Positions 11,434-23,823 of a DNA stretch of 43,418 nt are shown here, piece by piece. Source of the DNA: Octopus bimaculoides (lineage: Eukaryota); contig NC_068989.1 of NCBI RefSeq assembly GCF_001194135.2, positions 24,603,820 through 24,647,237 on the forward strand, given 5' to 3'. A program made the translations under genes and the position numbers. The notes under the pieces are model-generated. The model was not told where the DNA came from and made no database searches. It saw only the letters and a program-made list of their open reading frames with translations. Every line of letters begins with the position of its first letter. Within the stretch, counting starts at the first letter, position 1.

Positions 11434-11689
11434 CATACATACATGCACACATATAAATTGTAAATTTAATAAGTGGAAAAACCTCCAAATCATTAGAATC
11501 ATGCATGTATACATATCATCACAAGTCGGTATGTGTGTGTATGTACATATGCATACGCATATATATATGTACACACACCACACACACACATATATATGCA
11601 TATGTATATATTTATATATCTTTATGTATATGTACATGTATATATATATATGTCGTTCTATATCTAAGAGACGAAGAATTATGTACATT

Positions 11690-12345
11690 ATTTACATTTG
11701 ACGGATATTTGTCCTCATCTTGTTTGTTGTTAACACAACATTTCGGCTGATATACCCTCCAGCCTTCATCAGGTGTTTTGGGGAAATTTCCTAAGGTATT
11801 TTTCGATGTCATTATTATTATTATTATTATTATTCAGGTCACTGCCTGGAATCGATCACGGATTCTTGGGGTTAGTAGCCCGCGCTCTTAATCACTACGT
11901 GGGCAATAATGGAATGAATTTTAGGGCTTATAAATCTAATATTCTCCTATCTTTCTTTAATGCCGGTTCCCATATGCTGTTTATATCTGTACTCGGTTTG
12001 CTTAGGAGGTTGTTGTGTCCTAACACACGTGCTGCTTCTCAGTAGCTTTCGTATTTTCCAGTGGTGTTCGCTGTCTATTATTTTAACTTCATCCCACAGG
12101 GGAAGGTGGTCTCCATTTTTCCATACATGATCAGCTATACCCGATTTATCAATATCTCCCTGTGTCACAGCTTTGAGATGTTCCTCTACTCTTATTTTGA
12201 GGGGGCGACATGTTTCGCCTTTGTATAACCTACCACAGCTGCATGGAATGGAGTACACGCAGTTCCTAGTCATATTCACCTCTATTGGTGGTTTTACTCG
12301 AAGGAGATATTTGCGAAGTGTTGCATTACTCTTGAATACAGTCCT
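11690..12345 (-). mobile_element. Penelope-like retroelement 3' fragment (GIY-YIG endonuclease plus terminal repeat)
   Basis: ORF 11947-12417 contains CVYSIPCSCGRLYKGETCRPLKIRVEEH...SGIADHVW, a GIY-YIG-type domain. It is followed by a tRNA-like segment, (AAT)n and a hammerhead motif. Confidence 0.85.
11732..11777 (-). ncRNA. Minimal type-I hammerhead ribozyme motif in the PLE terminal repeat
   Basis: Minus strand AACAC-CTGATGA-A-GGCTG-gagggtatat-CAGCC-GAAA-T-GTT-GTGTT: perfect 5-bp stems I and II and a canonical core. C15.2 appears mutated to T. Confidence 0.7.
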
Positions 12346-12428
12346 ATATATATATATATACATACATATATACATATAAATCTCTTTATATATACATATA
12401 CATCTATACATATACATATATACATCTA

Positions 12429-12520
<92 letters not shown>

Positions 12521-12572
12521 CATATATATACATACATATATATGTGCAGATGTATATACACATAAATACATG

Positions 12573-12608
<36 letters not shown>

Positions 12609-12859
12609 TATATTTATAATATATAATATATATATATATGCATGTACATATGTGAGATGATAATTTCAGTATTAATAGTTTCACTTTGTATATATTATAT
12701 ACATGGTGAAAGTATCAATAGTGAAACTATTAAAACTGAAAGTATTATCTCACATTACAACAGAGATGTTATTGTTTCAGTTTTGACACGTAATACTGAA
12801 ATAGTGTAAGAGATAAGAGACTGATCTCGGCTCGTATTAAGCAAGAAGTTGAAAACGTT

Positions 12860-12961
12860 TGGGGCCCATGACACTGCATGGACCCTAAGTAAGGCATGTG
12901 TAAAATTTCAATGAAATCGGTTGGGTAGTTCTCGAGTTTTAGTGGTGCACACATACATATT

Positions 12962-13053
<92 letters not shown>

Positions 13054-13074
13054 TTTTATATATATATATATAGA
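12860..13074 (-). mobile_element. Non-autonomous Helitron-like 5' fragment
   Basis: Minus strand A|TCTATATATATAAAAACTC start, then (TG)n/(TCTG)n repeats and aaatttcaatgaaatcggttgggtag. Same end architecture as 29015-29956. No CTAG end seen. Confidence 0.45.
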
Positions 13075-13519
13075 TAAGACTAACGTGGAGACAGTGAGTG
13101 GCGTTCGATCATATAATAGCATAAATAATATATAAATATATGCATATATCCATATACATATAGATGTAGGTATGTACATATATGTATGGATATATGCATA
13201 TATGTATGGATATATGCATATATTTATATATTATTTATGTTATATATAGATATATATATCTAATATAATAAATGCGAAAACTAATTTCTGTGTGTCAGTG
13301 TGTCACACCTTGATCCCTTCACTCACTATTCTATGACACTTCCTCGTGGTGTGGTGAGAGTAATTGTGGGCATAGAGGCGGTGAGGACGGTGGCAAAGAC
13401 AGACAGAGAGAAAGAAAGAAAAGAGAGGGAGACAGAGAAAGACAAAGAAATTTAGTGACAGTTGATGTTTTATTAAAAGTAGTAATGTTGATGGTGGTAA
13501 TGGGAGTAATAATAATAAT

Positions 13520-13572
<53 letters not shown>

Positions 13573-14499
13573 GTATGTAAGAAAAAGAGGGAAATGTACA
13601 ACTCTCCTGGATAGAAATTCCTGTGGCCAGCATACTGAGCTAACTATTGAACACTATCATTTTTGTTTCATTTTTTGTTTTCTTTAATACATACACACAC
13701 ACACTCACACACACAAATATGTGTGTGTGTGTATGTGTGTGTGTGTGTGTACATATATACATATACATGCACACACACGTAATTATATATAAGATGCACT
13801 TTGAAATACAGTTTTCCCCAAATTGTGTATCTTTGCGGGCCTCAAGGCACGCATTCGCATCGGCAAACACGAAATGGAAGGGAACCGTCTTTCTATTGCG
13901 ACCTCTCCCGATCGAGAAGGTGCGACTTTTTCTGAAAACTATCTATTCATAGCATTCTGTATGCTTTACTTAACGTGGATATACTATAGAAAGCCACAAA
14001 ACTGCAGTATTCATGTTGAGAAAGTTTCTGCGCGCGCGCGCATGCATATGTATATGCGTATGCATACATATGCATATGCGTGTATGTATGTGCGAGTGTA
14101 TGTGTTTGCGTGAGCAAATGCATACATATATACATCCATGCACACACACACACACATATATATATATATGCGTGTGTGTGTGCGAATGTGTGTATGCGTG
14201 TGTGTATATGTGTGTATGTGCTATTTTCGTCTCTTGCTTCTTGATTACTGGTACCAGTGCTTTGTTTATGTCCCTGTAATTTGGTGGTTTGGCTAATAAA
14301 GAGACCGATAGTAAATGTATCAAACCTAAAAACAGTTCTGGGATAGATATAATCGATTAAACCTTTTAAAGTGGTATTCTAGCATGACTGCTGTTCAGTG
14401 ATTGAACCAAGCATATCATTGAATAAAAGGAAATAATAATGTTTTAAATTATTTATAATTTATATGATTGTCAAACTTTACCCGTTGCATTTATTACAG

Positions 14500-14718
14500 G
14501 AAAATGTTCCGTGTCAAACATATCGGAAAGCATATATAATGCAATACCTAGGCTCAATTCCCGTTCCATTTCTGGAGTAGCTGCTTTATTCTTCAAATCA
14601 TCAGATCTAGACGAACAATGTCTGGGCATAACACAAATTCGAGGCATCTGGTGTTATCACTGGAAGTTAACAATGAAAGATGACAGTGTCTCTTTTGAAA
14701 TGGACTGGTATTTCTCAG
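14500..14718 (+). CDS. Exon 3: (G)KCSVSNISESIYNAIPRLNSRSISGVAALFFKSSDLDEQCLGITQIRGIWCYHWKLTMKDDSVSFEMDWYFS
   Basis: ttattacag acceptor; tcag|gtaagt donor; phase 1-1. Contains GKC and IRGIWCYHW motifs, echoed in repeat 2. Confidence 0.88.
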
Positions 14719-16313
14719 GTAAGTTAGTGTTCTGTTGAAGAAATTTTATCTGTTACATTGATGCAATGACAACTAAAGAATTGAATTGTAGGTGTAGTAT
14801 GGCCGAATGACCGAGGACTTCGTTTAGAGCAGAGGATCTCAAACTTTTTAAGCCATTGCCTCACCCCTCATGGCCGCATAATACCCTCAGTGCTCCACCC
14901 TTATTTTTATGCATAAATAAATATTTTATATTCTACTAATTTATATATACTATGAATCATTTGATATTTAATATAAAATTATATAATTTGTTTGTATACA
15001 ATACTATAATAATATAATAAATCCATAGCGTCCCCCAATCCACTGCCAAAAAGAAACCTTCATTACATATTCTTTCTCGATAAAATAATGCACAAATTTA
15101 CAACGCATATTGGAGAAGTCAGAAGTGTAGTGGCAGGAGTGTTTCTCATATTACTAAAGAGAAGGCTTTGGACTTAACGAAGTGTCCTTCTTCCGCGTGA
15201 AATTAAATCATCGACTCGCTTGAAAAACCACATAAGAATTTTATTTGTCATAAATTATATATACCAATAACAAACATTGGAAGTGTAGCAAATATGGCTA
15301 AGTGTGTCAAAGAAAGGCATTTCGGTGTAAGCAGAGAGTATATGATGATCTGCGTTGAAATATAATACGAAACTTACAGTGAATTAATTGAATATTCACA
15401 GAGAAGAAATAATTGTTTTCTTCAGGAATGTGAGAAAGGTGTTCAAAAGCATTTGGCTGTTGGATGTAAGTTTCCGAGAACTTCTGATGGTTAGACATTA
15501 TTCACACTTCAGTTGCAGTTCTTCTCTCTTTGAGGTACAGCAGAAACAGGTCTTGTTGCCTCTCTGTTTCGCAAAAGAACCTCTAGCGGCAACGTTCAGC
15601 AATGTGCTGCACATATGCACAGCGATACTGTTCCGGTAAACGGAGCCTTCCACTTCGTAAATGCAAACAATATGTGAAGGATGGTAGTTGTTAACTCGCT
15701 TTGGTACATCACCGTATTATCCCGTGGCAAGTTGATAAGTCATTAGGAAAAAAGGGAAGCAGCATTGTAATACAAAAATTAAAAAATAAAGAACAAAATA
15801 TGCAAACATACTGAGAGCAATTGTCAGAAGTATGCTGCCTGGAAAGGTAGTTTCTGTAGATTTAGCGTGTAATTTTTGACTTTTAAAAAACTATGCACAA
15901 CTACGTGATTTCTATGAAATAGAAATCACAAAATACAGTTGTCAATAAGTGGTTGAAGGTGCAGGTCTTGATTATTAGTAGTGCAGCAGTGTTAATGGTA
16001 CAAGTCTTCCACAAAAGAAAAGAAATGCAAGCAACAAGGGAATGTATAGAAAAGGCAATATTATAAGTCCTGGACGAAAGGAATTTCGACCAATAAGTTT
16101 GTTCGTATAAATGTCATGAAGTTCGTGCATTAAAAAAGTGTATGTTGCTACGGTGTTCATAGCAAAAGAAAAGAGATGAAAGACTAAAGCCATATAACGG
16201 CAAGCCTCACCAGGTGTCTTGACCAAAACTACTACAGCTTGTCACATTTTTGATGACTGGAATGAATTCTTCAAAGGAAGAAATCTTAAATAAAATTCAA
16301 AGAAAACACGCAG

Positions 16314-16384
<71 letters not shown>

Positions 16385-16497
16385 CAAGTATACAAGACAC
16401 ACAAATATATATTTAAGGATGGCTTATTATTTATATATTTAAGGATGGCTTATTAGCAATTTAACAACTTAACGGCAAATTTATAGACGTTACTAAA

Positions 16498-16818
16498 GTG
16501 AAAGAGGGTACTAAGTAGTACCAGCATTGCTAGAAATAACAGTCAAAACAACTCGATAGCCACAGACAGTACCATCTTAATGACTGACAAGGGCGACTTT
16601 GACAAAGTGAGTTGAATTTAACCCTAGGCATAGTAAGAGCCATCGATAAGAATTAAGATGGTCTAGCATCAAAATTCGAAATCACCGGTGATCTGGCTAT
16701 ATCCGCTGTAGGGAGCTTGTCTCCCTTGTAAGTCATTAAGATAGTACTAACTGTGGTTATTGGGTTGTTTTGACTCATATTTCTAGCAATGCTGGTACTT
16801 CGTAATACCTTTTGTCAC
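16498..16818. repeat. Foldback/MITE-like element: ~100-bp inverted arms 16498-16597 and 16719-16818
   Basis: agtaccagcattgctagaaata...gtcaaaacaac...atcttaatgact.acaaggg matches the reverse complement of the right arm; 121-nt spacer. Confidence 0.8.
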
Positions 16819-17000
16819 TCCTTTGTAGTTTTGTTGTTATTTTTTGGATTTACAATTTATTCTTTCACCGCAACCACTAGCTGGAACACACAGGTGCTTA
16901 CAATTGTCAAGCATTACCTCTAAATTTCAATTTATCTATCTATATATGTATATCTACATACATATATACATATTTATGTCTATATAGATGTGTGCGAGTA

Positions 17001-17039
<39 letters not shown>

Positions 17040-17175
17040 TATAGGGCAGGGAATCGTCAATTAGTACTAAAATTAATAATTAACAATTTTGCCAAGTAGT
17101 TCAGTAGTTCTTTGACTGCTATTTCTAAATTTTCAGTATGTTGGAGAAGCAACTCAAGCTAATCCCTGTATATTT

Positions 17176-17841
17176 NNNNNNNNNNNNNNNNNNNNNNNNN
17201 NNNNNNNNNNNNNNNNNNNNNNNNNNNNNNNNNNNNNNNNNNNNNNNNNNNNNNNNNNNNNNNNNNNNNNNNNNNNNNNNNNNNNNNNNNNNNNNNNNNN
17301 NNNNNNNNNNNNNNNNNNNNNNNNNNNNNNNNNNNNNNNNNNNNNNNNNNNNNNNNNNNNNNNNNNNNNNNNNNNNNNNNNNNNNNNNNNNNNNNNNNNN
17401 NNNNNNNNNNNNNNNNNNNNNNNNNNNNNNNNNNNNNNNNNNNNNNNNNNNNNNNNNNNNNNNNNNNNNNNNNNNNNNNNNNNNNNNNNNNNNNNNNNNN
17501 NNNNNNNNNNNNNNNNNNNNNNNNNNNNNNNNNNNNNNNNNNNNNNNNNNNNNNNNNNNNNNNNNNNNNNNNNNNNNNNNNNNNNNNNNNNNNNNNNNNN
17601 NNNNNNNNNNNNNNNNNNNNNNNNNNNNNNNNNNNNNNNNNNNNNNNNNNNNNNNNNNNNNNNNNNNNNNNNNNNNNNNNNNNNNNNNNNNNNNNNNNNN
17701 NNNNNNNNNNNNNNNNNNNNNNNNNNNNNNNNNNNNNNNNNNNNNNNNNNNNNNNNNNNNNNNNNNNNNNNNNNNNNNNNNNNNNNNNNNNNNNNNNNNN
17801 NNNNNNNNNNNNNNNNNNNNNNNNNNNNNNNNNNNNNNNNN
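17176..17841. other. Assembly gap (N)
   Basis: Run of N. Confidence 1.
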
Positions 17842-17842
17842 N

Positions 17843-17885
<43 letters not shown>

Positions 17886-18007
17886 ATATATTCATGTCAA
17901 TATATGCACATGTTCCTGTGTGTGTGTGTGTGTGTATACATATAGATATATGTATACATATATCTATATCTATTTATATTATTATTTTTCCTTTATTTTC
18001 ATATAAG

Positions 18008-18159
18008 CTCCTATGTGGAGTACTGCCACACAAGAAAACAGTGTACCTGTGAGATACATGGTTAAGGGATCCACGAAGGGAAACCAAGAAGACTTTCAGA
18101 GTTATTACGACTTTTTTCAATTTCGTAAAAATCTTGACGGTCTTGGACAAATCTTTGAG
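18008..18159 (+). CDS. Exon 4: (A)PMWSTATQENSVPVRYMVKGSTKGNQEDFQSYYDFFQFRKNLDGLGQIFE
   Basis: ttttcatataag acceptor; gag|gtaagt donor; phase 1-0. Confidence 0.85.
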
Positions 18160-18569
18160 GTAAGTTTCCGCAATTTTCATTTAATAATCTCTATTTTATC
18201 GACGCAGTATGAGTAGCAAGTTTGTAGAATCGGTCGAATGGGCAATGAATTCTCGGTGGTATTTAGTTGCAGCTTTCTATGTTCAGAGTTCGAGTCTTGC
18301 CAAGACCGCCTTTATATTTAGCGTACCGGTTTCGATGAAATAAATACTTTTTCTGATATGATTGAATGTTCTCTTACTTTGAAAGTTGTGCCATTGAACT
18401 GAATAAGTAATAAGTATTGAGATATGTGACAGAAATAAATGCTTAACAGACTTGGTTGTGAAGCATTATGTTCTTACCTCATTACGGGTTACCAATGCAT
18501 TGAGATTAGAATTTGATACATGGAGGCAGTAACGAGATTTGCTGATAATATATACATAATATACATACG

Positions 18570-19370
18570 TATATATATATATGGAAAACAGACAAAGTAG
18601 AAAATGCTAAAATACTTTTATAAAGAACATTACAGAACCGGTTTCGATCCTTGAGATCTTTTCAACAGTAAATATGAATGATAAATTTTTGAAAAAGTAT
18701 TGAAAAATTAAATTTTGGTAAATTTAAAAGAAAAGTATTTTTAAAGACATATTTGTATAGTATTCAAGTAACAGGGACATTTTTCTTGTTTCTGCCTGTC
18801 TCTGTTTCACTTGTTAACTCTTGTGAGTTCGAAGAAGGAGTGCTGTGATAGTAGCAGAGTGTTAATTGGTTGGGTGCCCTGACATTGACCTGTTGATGGT
18901 CATAGTGATCTGTATTGTTTATAATGTTTGGGTAGGTGTTATTCTAAACAGCAGTAGTAGTAATAAAGTAAGGGAGGAGGTGGTGGAAAGGAAGAAGATG
19001 ACGGAGAAGATGAGGGATGGCGAGAAGAGAAATAGTAATAATAAAATGCAGGATAGTGTGATAGTAACTAGTCGAGTGAGTAGTGATTGGAGTTGTTTTT
19101 TCATATTTTTATATTTTTTTATAATTCCTTGAGTATCTATTTGGAGTTTATCATTTTTAATATTTGTGTGTGTGTGTGTTATTCTAAGGTCGTGGTGGAT
19201 ATGTCATTCGTTGTAGATGCGTTCAGAAGGGGTCTGTATTTTGTGATGAAGAGAGACTCTTTACTTATTCTTTGGCTGTAGGTTGTATCGTCTCTGAATT
19301 GGTAGAGGGGAAAGATTCTGAAACTTGGATTTTTATTATTGGCGCAGATATCGATGTGTTGGCTGAATGC
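18570..19370 (-). mobile_element. Penelope-like 3' fragment (endonuclease C-terminus, 3'UTR, degenerate hammerhead)
   Basis: Minus-strand SQHIDICANNKNPSFRIFPLYQF...SKESLFITKYRPLLN resembles the C-terminus of the 40100-40745 PLE. Hammerhead-like motif at 18631-18672. Confidence 0.65.
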
Positions 19371-21096
19371 TAGGGTATGCGGATGGTTTGTCCAGACTGA
19401 TACCGAAATACTGCGAACCATTCGGAGATACGGTAATCGCAGCATTAAGATCAGAAAGAGAAATGAAAATTGTAATGTGGAATGTGGCACGCGAATTACC
19501 GGTGACCACAGAAGACATAAAACGAAATTCGGAAAATGACGAATTCATAACAAAAATGAAAAGAATACTATAGACAGGAAAAGTAAATAGGAACAGGATT
19601 GGTGCGAAACGAAATCAAGACGTGAAACTATGCTCGATTTGGGATGGTGTACTGATGTATGCACAGAGATTAGTAATACCTGAAACATTGCAAAAGAAAA
19701 TGTAGACGGAATTCCATGTTTGACTTCCTGTTATTTCGAGGATGAAAAGTTTAATGCGTAGCTACATGTACTGGCCAAAAATGGATAGAGAAATTGAAAA
19801 GTTAGTGAAAGGCTGTTGAGGACATGCCCCAACAGCAAAATTACCGACGATAAAAAAGTGAACCTTGGCCGAAAATAGATGTTCCCTGGTCGAGATTACA
19901 CATTGATTTCACGGATCTCTTAAACGGCTCATACTACTTAGTGGTAGTAGATAGTTTCTCTAAATGGCCAGAAATTTGTAAGTGTAAAAAGCCAACCTCC
20001 TCAATTTGACAAACTTTCCACATGAGCTGTTTGCTAGATTTGGCTGCCCAGACCTGATTGTGTCTGACAATGGAACGCAATTTGTGTCTTTTGAGTTAAA
20101 AAAGTTTTGTAAAACGTTCGCTGTAGAACATGTAACTATGGCGCCATACCATCCCAGATCTAACGGACAAGCAGAACGCTTTGTAGATACATTCAAGAGA
20201 GCCCTAAAAATGTCGAATAAGTCACGGATGAGGTAGCTCTACAACAACAATTCCTAAGAGTATACCAGGTGATACCAAATCCAAATACACCAGCAGATGT
20301 TTGCAAGGGAAATAAAATCAGTCTTCGACAAATTGCTACCTGGTAAGAAAGAAATATTGCAGTGGATAATATAGCAAGATATTTCAAAATTGGCGAAAAT
20401 GTATTTGTTAGGGCATATAAAAATGGAAAACAAAGATGGGACCAAACGCATAGGAGAAATTCTATACTTGGTAAAATGGTAAAAGGGAGAAAAGGGATAT
20501 ACAAGAGACACATGAAACAACTAAAAAAAAAAAAGATAGATTCGTTGAGAGTGAACCCAAGAGAATGGAAGAACCAATGGAATGGTTATATGATATCTTT
20601 TAAGTACCAAACGCCACTACACCACCAGACGCACAAGTGAAAGAAAAAGAAAATTTACGGAGTTCCTGGAAGTGGATGCCAGACGAAAAAAATATTAAAT
20701 TGGTAACTGTATAACCCCCCCCCCGCCTCAAAAACGAGAGGTAGGGTGATGTAAAAATTATTGTTAGTAAAAAGAAGTAAATTTACACTCCCTAAGAAAA
20801 AAAACTTAGAAGGGGAGATGTTATGCGGATAATGATAATGATAATGGAACACCCTTCCCACGTGATGAGTAGCATATGCTAGTCGTTACAACCACTGTGA
20901 CGTAGGAAGTCGAACGGTGGAGAAGTCGGCGAAATCGGTCATAGATAATCGTGTCTTTACTTGTCTAACTAGACTGCTATACCGAAATGGACGTTATGAC
21001 AGTCCAATGGTTGGATTACAACAGTCTTCTTCTTTTTTCACTTCCACCACCACATCATCCCCATCGTCCACCACCACCACCACCACCACCACCACC

Positions 21097-21150
<54 letters not shown>

Positions 21151-21245
21151 GGTACTGCTGATACTGCTGCCTGTATCTATACGAAACTAACCAAATCAGA
21201 GTAATGGACATACTTCTGCTCTGTTGTCTACTGTTCTATAACCCC
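19367..21245 (+). mobile_element. Ty3/Gypsy LTR retrotransposon remnant (RNase H end, integrase, polypurine tract, 3' LTR)
   Basis: YADGLSRL; SYMYWPKMDREIEKLVKGC; PWSRLHIDF...VVVDSFSKWPE; FARFGCPDLIVSDNGTQF...YHPRSNGQAERFV. Many stops and frameshifts. Tract agaaggggaga followed by TG at 20819. LTR right end approximate. Confidence 0.88.
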
Positions 21246-21297
21246 AGAGGAACCCTGTTCTTTTCTAAGATGTTTTGACTCTTACTTTAAATTTCAG

Positions 21298-21420
21298 ACG
21301 ACACCAGGAATTGCATGCTATGAAAAAACACAGACGAAAAAGATGCCCAAAATACCAGATGTCTTCTCAGCTTACCTAGAATATTACGACGAAGAGATGG
21401 GAACATTAATATCTTTGAAG
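21298..21420 (+). CDS. Exon 5: TTPGIACYEKTQTKKMPKIPDVFSAYLEYYDEEMGTLISLK (repeat 1/2 junction)
   Basis: atttcag acceptor; aag|gtacgt donor; phase 0-0. MPK..D.F motif parallels exon 2. Confidence 0.87.
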
Positions 21421-21741
21421 GTACGTGGTTTATATTAATATATGTCATTTCTCTATTTTCCTCTGGTTTTCTATTAATTTTTTATCTCTTTCTATCTACT
21501 TGTTTTGCTCCTACCTACTCTTCCTTGTCTTTCCCTTTTCAGCAATCTTTATATCCTACTTAAAGTGGATATATTGTAAGAGTGCCGTGATACTCCGCTA
21601 TTCGTCTTGAGGGAGCATCTCGTATAGACGTTTAGTGCCTAAAAGCACAGAAATATCAGTAGCAAATTAACCAGCAACGGTGGGGGAACAACTAGATCAC
21701 ATGATTCCAGCGTGCGTGCGCTTCATCAGCATCAGCTATCC

Positions 21742-21777
<36 letters not shown>

Positions 21778-22547
21778 TGTATGTATATTTAGATGCATAC
21801 GTACATATATGCATAAATGCATACATATACACACAAACATATCTATACACAGTACCAGTATCACCACTGCTCCCACCACCGCAACAGCAGCAAGAACTAT
21901 ATTGCTACTGCTCAACCACCACCACCACCTATTATTTCACCATCCATGGAATGTGGGCCAAATATTAAAATTTTTCCATTAGAAGGAGGATACAAATTTG
22001 GTGGTGGTTACTTATTTTATCATTTTTGGAAAGATGAAAGACAAAATCAAACGTGGTGAGCTTGAACTCAGAAACCAAAAGAGCATAAATCAATTTGGCA
22101 GGACGTTCTATCGAGAGATAAACGGTTCTCTGCCGCATTCAAGTAGCATATTATATAACGTCACATGTTATTCATTCACGGAAATCCTATATTCTTTTCA
22201 AGGTATCCGTGATCTGCAGTGACGGTTAAACAACGATTCACTGAGGAGGTCTAATAAGGCCAAAGCGCGTCCAGAGTTGTCATTGTCCTAAGATCAGACT
22301 CATCCCACTACATTGCATCCCATATCAAATAATCTAAAATAATTCAAATTTCGAAGTTTTCTCTCCCTATCCTATTTTTTGAACAAAATTAATAATTAAA
22401 AAAAATTATTATTTTCATCACTAAGTTTATAATTAATATTCTTGGCTCACTATATCAGATATGGTAGCGCACATTTTATTATCAACAGAGCAAGCTACAA
22501 ATAACTGTTTTGTTGCTTCATGTGTCTGTTCCATTCTATAACTTCAG

Positions 22548-22653
22548 GAAAACTTTGACAGAAACTTTCGACTTTCCATGATCACTTATGCTAATCCTGT
22601 CACCAAATCCGAAGACAATCAGGCAAATATTGTCATCAATGATTTCAACGAAG
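22548..22653 (+). CDS. Exon 6: ENFDRNFRLSMITYANPVTKSEDNQANIVINDFNE
   Basis: aacttcag acceptor; gaag|gtaagt donor; phase 0-1. Confidence 0.85.
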
Positions 22654-22792
22654 GTAAGTAATGGCCCTAGCAGAAACATCAGTTTTCTTTACGGCCACGA
22701 ATTAACACTACTTTATGAATTTTATTAAATTTTATCTTTACATATGTGCTGATTTTGCTTGAGTGAACATATGTACTTATATCCGTGAATGC

Positions 22793-22965
22793 AACATGGC
22801 CGAATGGTTGAAAAGTTCGCTTCGCAATCACAAGACTCTGGATTCATTTCCACCGCATGGGATCTTGGACGAGTGTTTTTTTAATTGCCATACCTTTGGT
22901 TTGCCCAAATCTTGTGAGAGAAATTAGGTTGACGGAAACTGCAAATAAACCCGTCAGCAGATGGA
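22793..22965 (+). mobile_element. Degenerate tRNA-head SINE
   Basis: atggccgaatggttgaaaagttcgct...cttgtgagagaaattaggttgacggaaactg, similar to other copies. Confidence 0.55.
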
Positions 22966-23192
22966 CTGTAACTGTCATTCAAAGGTATAACCTTGTTATC
23001 ATTGAATCGCACTGATTTTACACGAGAATTGCGTTTTGAATACATGTAACTTGGGAATACTCAGCCACTTTGCATGCTAATTTAGGGATCAGTTGATTGA
23101 AGAACTAGATGCTCAAACGGTTTTTGTGAGTTTCTTAAATGGCTTATAAACACCTTTCACGCTGCAGTTGTCTTCGTTCCAGCACACGATCT

Positions 23193-23221
<29 letters not shown>

Positions 23222-23223
<2 letters not shown>

Positions 23224-23415
23224 TCTTTTATTCTTTCACTTGTTTCAGTCATTTGACTGCGGCCATGCTGGAGCACCACCTTTAGTCGAGTAAATCGACT
23301 CCAGGACTTATTCTTTGTAAGCCTATTACTTATTTTATCGGTCTCTTTGCCGAACTGCTAAGCTACGGTGACATAAACACTTCAGCATCGGTTGTCAAGC
23401 GATGTTGGGCGGACA
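23222..23415 (-). mobile_element. SINE 3' fragment
   Basis: ttgtttcagtcatttgactgcggccatgctggagcacc...; related ends at 1-215 and 35590-35640. Confidence 0.6.
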
Positions 23416-23604
23416 CGTATATATATATATATACATTTAAATTTCTTTTAAAAAGTTACATTTAAATTTCTATCTTACAATTAATTAAATTAGCATAAAA
23501 TAATGGTTTCATATTTTCTAATAATTAAGATCTAAACTGTTAATATATGAATGCGAAAGAGATAGTGGAATAACTGTCAACCTACAATTGGGCCACCCTG
23601 TATA

Positions 23605-23752
23605 TACGACGGGCTTCTTTCAGTTTTCGCCTACCGAATCCACTTACAAGGCTTTTGTCAGCCCGAGGCTATAGTAGCAAGCACTTAGCCAAGGTGCCAC
23701 CCGGGAAAATGTGGCTGGGTTGGTAAGCAAGCTACTTACCACACAGCCACTC
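23605..23752 (-). mobile_element. SINE head fragment, next to a solo Tc1-type end (caccctgTA at ~23595-23603)
   Basis: Reverse complement of tgtgtggtaagtagcttgctt...ctatagcctcgggctgac...ttgtaagtggattcggtag. Confidence 0.55.
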
Positions 23753-23790
23753 CTATATATATATATGTCTGTCTGTCTATATGTCGACAT

Positions 23791-23823
<33 letters not shown>

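Noticed and set aside
15990-16070. GRKEFRPISL, resembling a LINE RT motif
   Set aside because: Isolated 10-aa match without flanking RT motifs.
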